Under the pieces are notes generated by a model. That model saw only the letters and a program-made list of their open reading frames with translations, had not been told where the DNA came from and ran no database searches. The translations under genes were made by a program, and so were the position numbers. 64,000 bases of DNA, from the NCBI GenBank assembly GCA_036172245.1, contig JAYWIR010000013.1, forward strand, positions 3,534,001 through 3,598,000, written 5' to 3'. This document shows, in pieces, positions 1-12,679 of this stretch. Source of the DNA: Raillietiella orientalis. Lineage: Eukaryota. The first letter of the stretch is position 1, and each line of letters starts with the position of its first letter.

Positions 1-2149
1 GTCCCGGGGAGGAGGGAGGGTTGCTGTTCCCTCCCCTTCCGGGCCGCTCGCCTTCGGGTGCGTTAGGAAGCGACGGACCGGGAAGAGAAGGGAAGTCTCC
101 CTCCATCTCCGCCGACCGGAGGGGACCCGCATGCTGTCCTCAGAGCGGCCCCTTCCCGTCCCCCCCCCTCCCGGCAGGGCCTTGCAGGGGCGCCGGGAGG
201 CGCGCGCGAGCGCGCCGAACCCACCTGGCGGCAACAGCGTTGTGGTGGTTCCCTTCCGCGCGGTCCGCACGCGCCACCGCGTGCAGCATCCCCTGTGGTG
301 CAGCAGCTTCTTTTCCAACGACGACGGCCGCGGGAGGCACAGCTTCCAGGGCGCCGGTTCTCGCGGACTCCCGAGTAGGACGCGGGCGCGGCCGAGGAGC
401 CTCCGAGCGATCGATACCGCCGCCGCTCTGCCCCGCGCGGCTGCCCAGTGCGGCGGGCGGCGCGCGCGCGCGCTCCTCGGCGGCGGCGGCGAGGCGAACG
501 TCCTCGCGCGCGCGCGCGCGGCTGCTGCTGCTGCTGCTGCCGCCACCGCACCTCCGGGAAGAAAAGGGTGAGCCCTCCCCCCCCCTTCCCCCTTCGGCGC
601 TTCGTTCGGGGTCCGGAGCTCCGTCGCCCCCGCCGAAGAGGGACGTGCGACCAAGTGCGTAGCCGCAGCGGGGGAAGGAGGGGGGGACCACGGGCTCTTT
701 TTTTCCCTCCAAGAAGAGGTCCCGCAGCACCTTCTCCCCGTCCTCAGGACGCCAGGTTGGTTCCAGGCAACCATCCCCCTTCGCGGCAGGGAACGTATGG
801 CGGCGGCGCATGCGCGTGGGAGGCGCGTTCCCCGCAGCCGGAGACGCGCAGAGAACGTGACCCGGACCGCTCAAGGGGGCCTCCGGGCGAAACTCGGGAG
901 AAGCTCATCCCCGCATCCTCTCGGTTTCCGATCGTAGCCCTTGGGAGGAGAGGAAGCGGAAGTCCTGGTGCTCTCCTTCCGCGACGAAGAACAGCGCTTC
1001 CCTCCCCCCTCCCCCCAGTCCGCCGTCTCCCTGGGCACCCCATCATCGTCCTTCTCGTTCCGCGAAGGACGATGCCGGCCGTCCGACGACTTCCCCGAGG
1101 TCTCTGCGGGATGGGCACTCCTTTTCCCCGCGTGGGCGGCTCGGGCCCATCATGCTCACAGGTCCCCTCGGAGAGGAAAGGGCAGCCTCTGCCTGCATCC
1201 GGAAGTAGGGGCCGCGCGCGTTCCTGGGGGACTATCGGCGAACTCTTCCTCTTCTGGCAGCTCCGACAAGCACCTGTTGCCGCGGAAACCGGTTCCGCGG
1301 CTTCTCTAGTCCGTTCGCGCTCGGGAGGGAGGAAGGAGAGTTGGGGAGGAAAGGGGCTCCCCTCTCGGCGTCACCTACCCGGAGGCGAGGAGGCGGGGCA
1401 TCCTGCCCGTCAGCGCCCCCGGCAAATCTTCCTCCAAGACGGGCTCCGCGCCGTCGCGGAGCAGCGCAGGCAGCCGAGCGTGCGCGGCGGCGGCAGGGGT
1501 CGGGAAGGAATCGAGGGCTCTCCCCTCCCCCCCCCCCGGGTCCTCTTTATGCCGGCGCCACCCTTTGGAGCCTGTGGTCGAATCCTTGCGGCTGCTCCCT
1601 GGCCGGCTTCCTCAGACGTCTCCTTTCCACCCGCCACCGCGCGGGGGTCCGGACGCACATGCGCGAATCGATGCCGTTTCCTGGAGGGAGGGAAGTGGGG
1701 AGGAAGCGCCACTCCTGGCGCGGTCATCCTCCGCCGTCGCCGGGCCTTGAGGCGGCTGCCCGAGCGCGTCGCTCGGCTGCTGCAGCGGCCGGCCGAGTCG
1801 AGGGAGGTCCGAGAGGAGCGGCAGGGTGTGTCGCGCTTCGCGGCCGCGACGGCGGCTGGACAGCCGACCCCCTTCCCCCCTCATTCTCTTTTTCGTTCTT
1901 CCCGTCGCGGTCGGCCGGCCGGCTCGAGTCGCGCGCGCCCCCGACCGACCGCGTTGCCCCGCGTGGGGCGACGCGGGGCCCGGGATCGCCGCGAAATCGT
2001 CCAGGAAGGGAAGAGGGGAGGGGAGGTGCAATTTGCGGAAGGTGCCGCAGCAGTCGGCGGTGCAAACTCCGCGCCGCTGGGCGTCGGCCCGCGGCGCAGA
2101 TGCGGGCAGCCCCGTAATCGGCAGCTCGGCGGCGCCGAGAGGACTCCAT

Positions 2150-2570
2150 GAGCGTAAAAATGGCGGCGCATTACCAAACGCCTATCGTCTGTTGCGGCAA
2201 TGGGAGCCGCGCATCGGCGGGAGACGACGGACTTCTATTTATGGAAGGCAGCCTACGAAATTCCCTACGTACTTATGGAGAGTATTTTGGTGGATGCGAA
2301 TGGCGTGCCGAATTCGACTTCGCCAAGGGTTGTCAAAAATGAGGTGAAACGCGTTTTATCGGGGGATATTTATTACTGACGATGAGATGCCGGGGGAACG
2401 GAAGGAAGGAAGGAAAGGGGGGGGGGGACGAGGAGGGAAGCCACCGGAATCGACGTGTGCACTCCGAATTTATTTAATGGAGAAATGCGATCGGAGTGTA
2501 TAAACGCGTAAAGTACGTGACGCTTCGCGCGCGCTCCGCAGCGAGCGGCGGCGCATGGCGCATGCGCCTG
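2150..2570. promoter_or_regulatory. Promoter-like region
   Basis: YY1-type AAAATGGCGG at 2157-2166 and NRF1-type GCGCATGCGC at 2558-2567 (also 806-815). ETS-type CCGGAAGT at 1199-1206. Local AT-rich dips. Possible first exon MESILVDANGVPNSTSPRVVKNE|GTGAAA at ~2275-2343. Confidence 0.4.
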
Positions 2571-3866
2571 CGGGCTCCTTGGGCCCGCGGCTGATAGCGC
2601 GCATCCCATCTCGTCCCTCCCTGATTGATTTGCGTTTCGCTGGCGTTCCCGGCCCTGCCGCCTGGCGGCGGAGGAGCAATCGGGGGAGAGGGGCGCCGAC
2701 GCAGCAGCAGCTCTCCCCCATCAAATCCCCGATGACCGCCAGCTCCGGAGGAAGGGGGGGGGGGGAGAAGGTATCATCCTCGCTTTCCCCGGTGGGGGCG
2801 CACGCGCGCGAGATCTTCCCGGGGAAACTCCGGCTCCTCCCCACCCGATGTAGGTCGGCGAGGAACCGCTCCACCGCCACCATCCCTGCCACGGAGAGGA
2901 GCGATGGTCTCATCCCTGCTTTCGCTGCTGATCCATCACCCTCGGAGACATCCTCTGGATGATGGATGTTCGTGAGCTGGGTTCGGGGGATCCATCCTTC
3001 ACCGGGAGGGGAAGCAGAAAGGGGGAGGAGGAGTGAGATGCAGATCCGAGGTCAGGTCAGGTCGCTCTGTTCCAGAGCTGGGGGAACCCCGCGCGGAAAC
3101 GGGACGAGTCGGAAGAGACGCATCTCTGGATCCTGTGCCTCCGCAGCAGCGGGCCGGAGCTCCGGCGAAGGGTGTGGCGGCCGCCGTATCCCTCGAGAGG
3201 CTGCGGAGGTCGAGCCGGGAGCCGGGCGTCGCTTTCGGGCGATGCGCCTCAGCGACAGTGGCGCCGACGGAGCTTCCCAGCATCCGCCCATGCTGCACCG
3301 TCGGCCTGCCTTCGCGGCGTGCCCCCTGGCGACAAGGTTCGAGTTCCGAGGGAGAGGAGGGTGAGACCTTGGAGGGGCGTTTGCGCTCGTCGGCAAGGCG
3401 GCGGAACCCCCTGCGATCCCTCTTGTCGCCCGCCCTCTCCGGAGCAGGAGATTGTCTCCCTTTGGGGAGAAGGAGGTCCTGCGTACCGAGGGGGGTCGGC
3501 GCTCTTCCTTTCTCCTCGGGACAGCGGAGAATCGAGGTCGAATCGGGTGGCGGGAGCGCCCTCGGGCTGCCGGCGAGGAACCAAGCAGAGAGAAACCCGA
3601 CAGGGAGGAGGAAGAGGGAGCACGTGGTACAGGGAAGGGTGGCTCCGCCCTTACCCGTGGCGGTCAGACGGGAGGACGGGGGGCGCACTGCTCGCGACGC
3701 CCTGTCCCACTCTGTGGGAGGGGCAACGGTTTCCGCTTTCCCCCTTCGGAGCGCTGTGCTCCGTCCGCGCGGGCCCCCACCCCTGGTCCACTCGCGCCCG
3801 ATGCTGAGCCGGGCGGGGGGACCTGTCCGCGGATTAGCCCGCGGGTTTATTTAGCACAGGAACCCC

Positions 3867-4651
3867 TCACTCCTCCTCACTGCTCTTGTCCTTGCTCTTG
3901 GAGGGCCGCTTGCTCTTTTTCTTCTCCTTGGACTGCTTCCTGGGCGCTTCCTCCTTCTCCTCGCTGGCTCTCCTGCTGCTCGCTGGCTCGGCAGGACTCG
4001 CACCCCCGTTGGACGTAGCGGAAGGTTCGCCCCCGGGAAGCAGGGGGGGCCTCCTCCGCTCGCCCATGTTGATGACGATGATGGTCGGGGAGGAGCAGGA
4101 ACCGCAGTAAGGGCACGGCATTTGGGACGTGGCGGGGGCTGCGACCTTGCACCTGGAGCAGTGGGCCACACCGCACTCTCGGAAGGGAATCCCCTGAAAC
4201 GGAGCGCACTGAGCTCGCCGCTCTCTCGTGACGGGGACGTTCCCGGCAGGGGCGAGGCTGCCCTTTCGTCCCTGCCGGTTTCCCCTCTCCCCTCCCTTGC
4301 GCTCACCTCGTTCTCCGCGTAGAAGGCGCGCTGCGGCACGCTGAGTCCGGAGAAGGAAGCGGTCGGGAGCGCCTCCTGGGGGTAGCCGCCGCCGCCGCCG
4401 CCGCCGCCGCCGCCCCGGGGGCAGCACCAGTCGATCGGGACGGAAGTGGTCGCCGCCGCCGCTGCCGCTGCGGCGACAGCGGCGCATGCGCCGACCTCGC
4501 CCTCTTGCTGGCGGTCGTCGCACTGGCACAGCACCTTCACGCAGGAACGCCCCCCGGCGGTGGCGGGGCAGCAGTCCCCTCTGTACACGCGGATCTCGGG
4601 CAGATCGCAGCCCCCGCCGCCGCCGTCCCCGGGCAGGTCGTTCGCGCGCAT
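3867..4651 (-). CDS. Two-exon gene, unknown 223-aa Cys-rich protein with Lys/Ser/Glu-rich C-terminus
   Basis: Exon 4651-4307 (MRANDLP...QRAFYAENE, GC3-rich codons) ends at donor GTGAGC. The 113-nt intron ends TTTCAG. Exon 4193-3867 (GIPFRECGVAHCSRC...CPYCGSC...KSKDKSSEEE*) continues in phase 0. AATAAA lies on the minus strand at 3851-3846. A pyrimidine tract plus CAG near 4693 suggests an additional upstream (UTR or coding) exon. Confidence 0.75.
4385..4414. repeat. (GCC)10 microsatellite encoding poly-Gly in the minus-strand gene
   Basis: Direct reading. Confidence 0.9.
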
Positions 4652-7600
4652 CGGGGAGAAAGAGGGGGGGATCGAGGAACTGGATTTTGTTGCTGGGGGG
4701 GGGGGAAGAGGGAGGAGAGCAGGGTACGACAGGAACGGGCGAGTCCAACAATGGGAGAAGACGTAGAAGAAAAAAAATTTTTTTTTTCTTTTTTTGGTCA
4801 CCATGGTTGTCAGCGTGTGTTTGGTCCTTCAAGACCTCCGGAAGCAGCAGCAGAGAGCGCTGACGGGGGAGGGGGGTAAGGAAGGACGATGGCGTCTGAA
4901 CCGCTGCCTCCTCGTCTCTCTGGAAGCGTCCCTCCCTCGAGGAAAACGCGGATCACGTGACACGCACCGCTGCAACGGCGCGGCGACCCTCTCCGAGGCG
5001 CTCGCTGCGCCGACCTAGACCGGTGGGACGCGCTACCAGACCAGCTTCCCCTTAGGGGCATGTCCCTTATCCCCCACCCCCTGGAGACGAGGAGCACGAT
5101 ACCAAGGAGGGAGGGCGGCGCATCGATCGTTCCCAGAAGCACCGCCGCCGCAGTTTGCGCGCACGCGGTCGAAGAGGAGAAGGAAGGAATGACGCGGGAG
5201 TCAAGGATGGGGGCGATCTACTTGGCCATCGGCTTGGGGGCTTTAAAGTGGGGTCAGCGCCGTCACCCCCTTCGCCTTTCTTCCCGCTCCCAGGTGTCAG
5301 AAAGGAAGGGGCGATCGAAGGAAATGACCCGGAGACAGCCTCACCCTTTCCGGCTGCTGTTTTTTTTTCTTTTTTCCTTCTTTCGAGTGCCGCCCTGTAG
5401 GCGCCCTCGACCCCGCGGGCTTCCTGGTCAACGGAGGGCAGAGCGTGGTCCACACCCGCAAGAAGTCCTTCCCTCTCGGCCGCCGAGACCGTTCCTACCC
5501 ACCGCAAAGGTCAGCTCTCCCTCGTCCTCGGTCGCCTCCGTTTCGCTTACTCCTTCCCTCTCGCTGCCATAGAGGCCCGCTAGCCGTCACGCCAGACCTC
5601 TCCCGATAGGCGGAAAGGCAGGGGTCGCTCCTTGGGAACTTCCCTCATCCTCACTCCCGCCGTTCCCTCTGGAAGTACCCCCTCAGTCGCAGTTCTTCCT
5701 CGGTGGTCGCCTCCCCGGTGGAGAGAGGAGGGAGAAAAACTCTTCTTGCATCTTCCCTTTCTTCCCGGCCGGAGCCAGCCTGTCCCTCTAGAGACGAGGA
5801 GCTTCCGGGAGCGTGCGTGACCCAGAGAGTGCTCGTGGTGGCGGAGGAGTGGGCTGCTACGTCCTCCCACCCCACCCCACCCCTCTCCCCAGCCTGCGGG
5901 GAGGCCACGCAAGAGCGAGGCGACCCGCCCTGACCCTTTGGCGTTCCCAACGCCGCAAGACCCTCTCCAGACCCTCCTGAGTGCGCTTCCCGTGCCGAGC
6001 CCCGTCTCCCTCCACGAGGAGCCCTGCTCTGGAGCGGGCAAGTCCCCTCCTCCGCGTCGGAGGTCCCGAGGTTCACCTCAGGTCTTCGAGCCCCCCGGTC
6101 CTGAGGACAAGAAGACTCGCAGCTTTGGGGAACCTCCGGAGCGCCTGTTTCCGCCCGTTGACTTCGACCCCCCTATGACCAGGCTGCTCACTCTTCCTCT
6201 CCCCCCGTGGCATTTCTCATCGTCTTCCCTGACCACCCCTCGCGCGATCCGTACCGCGACCCTGCGGTGCCTATGGCACCGGTCAAGCCTCCGGGCTTCA
6301 AGGAGCGTTTCAAGACGGTTGAGCGTGGCGACAGGAACAAAAGCTGGTCCGGGAGAACGAGGATGATGATGCAAAACGTCCGGTTGTCAAGCGACCGCCT
6401 CCTTTTGTGGGGCTAGACGGGGAGGAGGCCGTCTCCTCTTTCGCTCCTTTCCCTCCCTCCAGCCCTCCCTCTCTTATCTACAACTGTGGTAGGGGATCTC
6501 GGAAGGCAAAGAAGAGACCCAAGCCCATGCCTAGGGCTCAGCACAGACCAGCAAGACGTGGCAACCCTTTAGGACCCCTCTCCCCGCCGCCGCCTTCTCT
6601 TCCTTTCTTCCTCCCATGCTCGGGCGCGGTGGCGCCATCCCTGCTGCCCGACTGTCCGGTACACCCTGGGGATCTCTCTCGGTAAGACTCGGCAGAAGCC
6701 TTCTCCCCACCCCCACCCCCAGGGTTCCAAAGCGATGCTGTCCACAGGACGGCCTCCCGTCCCCCGGTTCTCGCCGGTTCCGCTCGCACTGGGTCGTTTG
6801 GACAAGCTGAGAGCAACCTCGAGCCAGGTTCTCCCCCCGCTATGCCCTCCAAAGAGAGGGTTTGCCTTGCCTCCGCTGCCAAGGGGGTCCCTGGAACCCG
6901 GGACGGCGTGAGGCGCGTGTGTCAACCTGGAATTGGGAGAGCATCCTCCCTCGTGCCAGCGAAACCCGTTCCGGTTTGCTCCAGGAGACTCCTCCTCCTC
7001 CATCTGAATCCCCCCCCCTGAAGAGGGCGCGCACGGCGCTGCCGCCTCCGCATTCTTGGGGTGGATGCACCATTAGATAGTCCTTATGGCTACCAGAAGG
7101 CGGCGGCAGCGGTGTCTCCCAGCGGAGAGGACGCTGTGGCGACGGTGCACACGATGACCACCTGACGGTCGTCTCCACTGCCGCAGTGTGCTCCTTCGTT
7201 CCCCTCCCCACGGGCCGGCTGTTCCCCGGGACCACACGGACCTCGGAAAGGGGATATTCATCCCTCCCTCCGCTGATACCCCCGGGCAGTCGAGGTGGAC
7301 CCCTCCGTGCTGCCGCTGAGTGTCTTCCTCACGTGAGCGAGCAGTCCCCGGAGGCTTCGGCAAACGCTGATGCTGGGAGTCCCACTGTGAGTGGTGGAGC
7401 TGGCGGCGGCTTCGAAGCGGAGCCGATGGAAGTCCACACAGGGCCACACCTTCCCCTGGCCTCCGAAGGGGAGACTGAGAGACGGTAGCAGTATCAGGAG
7501 ACGTCCGCCTTCCGTGCGCTCTTCGAGACTCCCGGGGAGCGTCCGAGGGTGAGATCCAGGAGAGGCCCAGGGAGGTGGACCGCATACTGCCGGAGGAGCC

Positions 7601-8289
7601 GAGAATCAGGTCACTGCAGAAGAGCACCTGAGTGCGGCGTTTCCGAGCCGCGCGTAGACCGGGGGGAACTCCAAGCGTCGGTCATGCGGCCGTCAATAGA
7701 GCGATCGACTACGCCAAATCGCCCCCCCTCCCTCCGCGTGCGCGCTCTGCCGCCTCTCAGCGGGCCGAGGCGAGAGCGTGAGGGGGGTCCCAAGTCACCT
7801 CGTCTGGACCTCTTTCTCATCGAGGGCGGCGTCCCTGCCGTTTCTTCCCAGTCGGTCGGAGCCACGGGGGAGGAGAGCTGTTCTCGCAGAGCGGCGTTCT
7901 TCAGTCCCTCCGGGAGAGGCTGCTCCTTCGCACGTGATGACGCCGCGGGAACACCGATGCTCCCCCAGCGGGCGACGAATCCGGGCGAAGTCGTCCAAAG
8001 GGATGATCCCATCAGAATCCCGCCAACTGCGCCTCCCTGATTCTCCTCCTCCTTCCGAAGAGGGTGCAAGCGTCTCTCCGGGTTACAGCCTGCGACGCGC
8101 AGGAGCGTCTCTGCGGAGCACGCTCCGGCCTTCGGCAGGATCCTGCGCGCTACCCCGTCCTCCCCGCCGGGTGTCCGTATGCGCGCGCATCCCCCGTTGT
8201 TGGGACGTTGTGGACCCGCGGCCGCCTCTGCCGAACGACCGTCGCGCGGAGGACAAGGAGGTACAACCCGCTCGGCCGGATCAACCAGG

Positions 8290-9010
8290 AGAGCACCGTG
8301 CCGAGCGTCACGTAAACAAACCCCTCTGCCTTCCTGCTCATCCCATCTGACCGGAAACTGGAAGCCCAATTCCAGAAACTGTGTCTTCCGCACTGGCGGT
8401 AGCCGCCCATGGCACCGAGAGTCGCGGGTTCGAATCTCCACGTAGAGGATCAACACCGAGGAATGAAGGGGGTTGCGTCGTGGGCTTTCGAGTCCCCTTC
8501 CCTCCCTCCCACAAGGTGACCACGGTCGGCCTGCAGGCTTCGGGTGCCGAAACTGGATGCCCCCGTTGATTGTTCGGAATCAGAAGCTGACCCCTCCGGG
8601 GTCCTTCGAGCACATCAAGGAGTCCTTCGGGATTGCCTTCCGGCTTTGGAAAAAAGGGAGTCGCGCCGTGGGTTGACATCTCTCTAGAGCGTCAAGAAGT
8701 GCGCTGCGCCCTTGGGGAAGCGTCCCTTCAGGGTTCTTTTCAGAGGAGGAGGAAACGAGGAGCGGCTCCCTTGCGGGTTCCCTCCGGAGAAGAGAACGAA
8801 GAGGAGCGTCCTCTACGAACCAGGGGGTCCCTCTGGAGGGAGAGAGGAAGAGGTTCGGGGCTTCCCTCCCTCCCCAACCGCGAGAGGAACGGATCCTTTC
8901 CTCCGGAGCCTCCCCGGATTCCGCGGGGTGGTCCCCTATAACTTGAAGAGTTGACGCGCACACCCTCGGGTGGCGTGGGCGGCGTCAAAGAGCTTCGTGG
9001 ACTCCTAGGC
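8290..9010 (+). repeat. Local diverged repeat, copy A
   Basis: Collinear blocks shared with 12680-13480: gcaccgagagtcgcgggttcgaat / gcaccgagcgtcgctggttcgaat; tgcgtcgtggg; aaactggatgc; acatcaaggag; ggggaagc; acttgaaga. Shared with 12300-12495: ggaagaggttc...gcgagaggaacgga...cggagcct...aagagtt. Confidence 0.7.
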
Positions 9011-10889
9011 GAATGGTCCTCGAGTGCTCAGGGAACCAGAAAAAAGGAAAAGCTGGAAAAGAAACGGAAGAACCCCCAAAGGATTTCCCTTATTGTGGGC
9101 CAGCAGTGACGACCTCCCCGTAGGGCCACCTGCTGCTAAAAGGAGGGGGCATCTCCTCTGCGCCTCCTGTCTTTCGCGTTGCGACGCATCCGACCCGGTT
9201 AGGGGTGGTCCTCGACACTCGCCGCGAGCCAAGCCTCGTCACGAGCACGGGAGACCACTTTTTTTTTCCGGATCTTCCCGACCAGGCTGGACATCCCGTC
9301 GGCATGTTCCGTCTTCGTTTCGAACCCAACAAAGTGCGGGTTTGCCCATTCTGAAGCGGGGATTCTAAAAAACGGGAAGAAAAGGAAAAAAAAGACTACG
9401 CTTCATTTTTCTTGTAGAGCATCGGCGCCTGCGAGTTGGGTGGAAAAGCCAAACTTTGACCACAGTACAGCCTCACGGCAAAAAAAAGAAAAAAAAAAAA
9501 AAGAAACAGCTGACGATGCCACTGCATTCGTACGTACGCGCACACATTTTGAAAGGGCGGCCCGCAAGAGCTTCATAGCAACGCGATTCGGATTAGGGGA
9601 TGCTCGCTGTCTGCGATTAGGGTCGGCGGACAACAAGGATCCAGGAGCCACGGATGCATTTTTCCCGCTGGTGTGCTGCTGAGATGCAGAGCAGGGGGGA
9701 ACGACTAAACAAATGGGCAGATGCCACCACGCAGCGCTCCGCTTCCGTTTGCGTGCATCCCCTTGAATACCGACGAAAGGGTGAGGGTCGGCAATTCTTC
9801 CTCCTCGCATTCAGGGAATGAGATGTTCGAGAAAAAAGAACAGGGGGGAGGCAAGGGGTCGAGGGACCGAAGAACAAGCAGGACCGTTGATCCGGAGCGA
9901 TTCCCTATTCTTCCTCCACCTTCCCTTTGCAGTGTGATCCCCTCCCCCCCCCTCCCGTGCGACAACAACGTTGCTTTCCGATCCACCTCTTGAGCATGGG
10001 CTGTCGAGTCCCCCGTGCGGCACCTTGGTTTCGGGATCGGTTCGGGAGTGCTCGTGTCCAGAAAAGGGAGCCTCGCGCAAGCGCGGGGCCGCTGGCCAGC
10101 AGCTCCGAGGACACATCCATTCGTCTTTCCTTCCCAGGCGCATAGGTGGCACGGTCACGGCAATGAAAGCGTTGACTTCGTGATTGGGGAACCTGGAGAG
10201 CAGTCGCCCATCCTCGACGCGCTCCGCCCTGCCGGTACACCGCCTGGCGAGTTGCCCCGACAACCGCTTCGCGGTTGGACTCCGTTCGTGCTCCTCCTCC
10301 CTTCCCTTCCGTCTTTCGTGCGCGATCTATCGGAAGGCGGGGGGGGAGCAGTGCCAGTCCTGCTCCCGTTGCATGAGGGTAGCGCCTGTGCCGTCTGGAC
10401 CGACCCTCCGAGTTTGTTCCTCACGCTCCACTGTGTCCGCCGACTTTCTTCGATCCTGGAAGCCGGGGGAGAAGGGTAGGGTAAGGGTTGAAGGCGGTAT
10501 CTTGCAGAGACAAGCTGCGTGGCCGTTTCCTCCCTTCCTCTGCTGCTGCTGCCGCCGCCGCCGCCTTCCTGCCCTCCCATTCTTCCTGGCATCCCGGACC
10601 GTGGACACCACCGCTCTGCAGACGACGGAGGGGGGGCTGGGAGAGCAGGGAACCATCGAACGGCTCACGTGGCAAGGGAAAGTCTTCCCCTCCTCTTCAC
10701 CAGACGCATACCTTCGTCACTTCCTTCGAGCGCGGAGCGACCAACGCTGCCATGCCAACGTATTCCCCGTTGGCATGGCAGCGTGCCCGGAACGATCGCC
10801 CGTTTTTCAGAGTTCTCTAACGCGAAAGGTCAGGCGTGCTGCGGACGCGTAGAGCCACGCGGGGGGGGGGGCACCTTCTCAGTTTCTTG

Positions 10890-12495
10890 ATGCATCCGGA
10901 TGAACTCCGGATGCTCCGCTCGCTCGACGCTGAGGAACCGGGCGGCGCATCTGTATCCAGGAGGATAGTCCCGAAGGACCCGCAGAACCGCGAGGGTCTT
11001 TCCCTGCTCCTTCACTTTTCGGATCGGATTTTCTCAGGAACGTCCAAGCACGGATCCATCCGTTTCGCCAGGGAGCATTCATCTTCCCCAGCATCTTCTT
11101 TCTCTGCATCACAGGTTTTTTCGACGTCCCGAAATTCTTCTGAGGGCGGGATTTCACATTTCCATCTTTTCGCTTCTGATTCGATTTCCGATCTTCTAGG
11201 ATGCCAGCCGGCGTTCTGACAAGAATGCTGATCGCTTCCGCCTGTTTCAGAGCTGCATCCGTAGTGCGCGGAACCCTCCTCCATGTTGGATTTCTGGATA
11301 CGGAGAAATCCCAGGAGCTGATCCTTTTCGGGTTCCCTTCGGAGAAGAAATGAGCAGTGGGTCCTTCTGGGAGCTCCTCCAAAGAGAATGGTCAGCAGTC
11401 TCGCGGCCAGATGGGAGGTCAATGCCGAAATCTCCAGTAGGAGAAAAAATTAGGCGAGTGGACGAAGGGCCAGATAACAGGCGTTGCGACCGAGGGTGCC
11501 CCCCCTAGAGGACTGTTGCTCTGGGGTGAGCTACTGGGACTTCCGGTGGAAGATCTGCAGTGGCCCCTGGTGCTCTCGGACACCACCCACATTCCCTCCC
11601 TTTGAAGTGGCAGAAGCCTTGGCTTTGATGATGCTGCACCGGGGCCTCTCGTGCAGTACCCGTCGACATCACTGGACAGGAGCCAGGACATGGGCCAGTG
11701 TGTGTGGACTTAAACTGTGCAAGGTGCGGGAAGCGGGAATCCCTCTCGCACCTTCTAGTGGACTGTGTTGCCATCTGGCCCCTTCGGGGACGCTTTGCCG
11801 CGACCCTTGGAATCCCCGGCGGCAACCCCAGAGATGTTGTGCGGCTCCTCTTTGTGCGGGACACCCCACAGCCAGCCTCAACCCAGCAGTACTTTGCTGC
11901 CTCCGCAGGATCGTGGCGGCGTGGGGCAACGCCAACGGAGGAACCACCGACAGGGATGCCACCCACTTCACTCTTCGCCTTCTACGGATAGCGGTCAGGT
12001 GGCTCTACCTGGACATCTATATAAAGCCAAACCTTTCCGGCATCCTCCAAGGATGCAGAGGACCACCCCCAGCAGACTGTGATCCCTTTCCAACCCCCTC
12101 CCCCCCCCGCCCAAATTGTTTTATTTTTATTTTGATTCTTTTCCTTTTTGTTTGGTTCCTCCCCTCTGCTGCCGTCGTGGACCTCACCGGTCTGAGAACC
12201 GGTAACACGGCAAGGTATATACAAAAAAGGACATTGTTGGACCACCAGTCCATCCACGCAAATAGCAATGGTTTATTTTATTTTTAAATAACTGCCCCGG
12301 CGAACCCGGGTGAAAGTTCCAGAGAGAACAAGGAAGAGGTTCCCTTCAGGGTTCCCTACCGATTGCGAGAGGAACGGACTCCTTCCAGCGGAGCCTTCCT
12401 GGCACGGTCGCCTCCCAGGGCATACTCCTCATCTGAAAGAGTTAACTCGCCCCCCGGGTGACGTAGAACGCTCTCCTATTCGTAGACCGCTCTAG
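10890..12495 (+). repeat. Local diverged repeat, copy B (appears split by the LINE fragment)
   Basis: The left part ends gggttcccttcggagaag...gtccttc (11330-11370), aligning with 8775-8812. The right part resumes at 12301 (cgaacc...ggaagaggttc...gcgagaggaacgga), aligning with 8816-9010. The left boundary is weak. Confidence 0.5.
11390..12230 (+). mobile_element. 5'-truncated non-LTR retrotransposon (L1/Tx1-like) 3' fragment
   Basis: At 11713-11770 the plus strand reads CARCGKRESLSHLLVDC, the C-x2-C...E-[ST]-x2-H-x4-C zinc motif found after RT in LINE ORF2. It is preceded, across a frameshift, by ALMMLHRGLSCSTRRHHW. It is followed by a T-rich 3'UTR-like stretch and a short A-tail (TATATACAAAAAA, ~12216-12228). 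Boundaries are approximate and I found no TSD. Confidence 0.7.
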
Positions 12496-12679
12496 CCTTT
12501 GTTGACGGGAAGAAAGAATCCTCAGCGAGCGTCCTGCTAGGAGAAGATCAAGCAGTTTCAAACCGGCGAGAATGGAAGGGGGGGAGAGAGAGAGGAAGAC
12601 GGAACGAGACCGTCTCCCTCGCCTAAGAGGGCGAAAGTTCTAGCTCGATACGCTCTCTTTCTGTTGGTCCGCCTTCCCG

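Noticed and set aside
448..2151. 567-aa ORF and the other long Arg/Gly/Pro/Ala-rich ORFs (e.g. 46625-47884, 49971-51512, 50148-51785, 56682-58217)
   Set aside because: They overlap in several frames on both strands, have amino-acid content dictated by GC and cross homopolymers and microsatellites. This is expected from stop-codon scarcity at very high GC.
8385..8445. tRNA-like GGTTCGAATC
   Set aside because: I could not fold an acceptor, D or anticodon stem. It is part of the local repeat, at most a degenerate B-box.
9145..9185. GHLLCASC, half of a RING-like motif
   Set aside because: The other Cys pairs and splice boundaries are missing.
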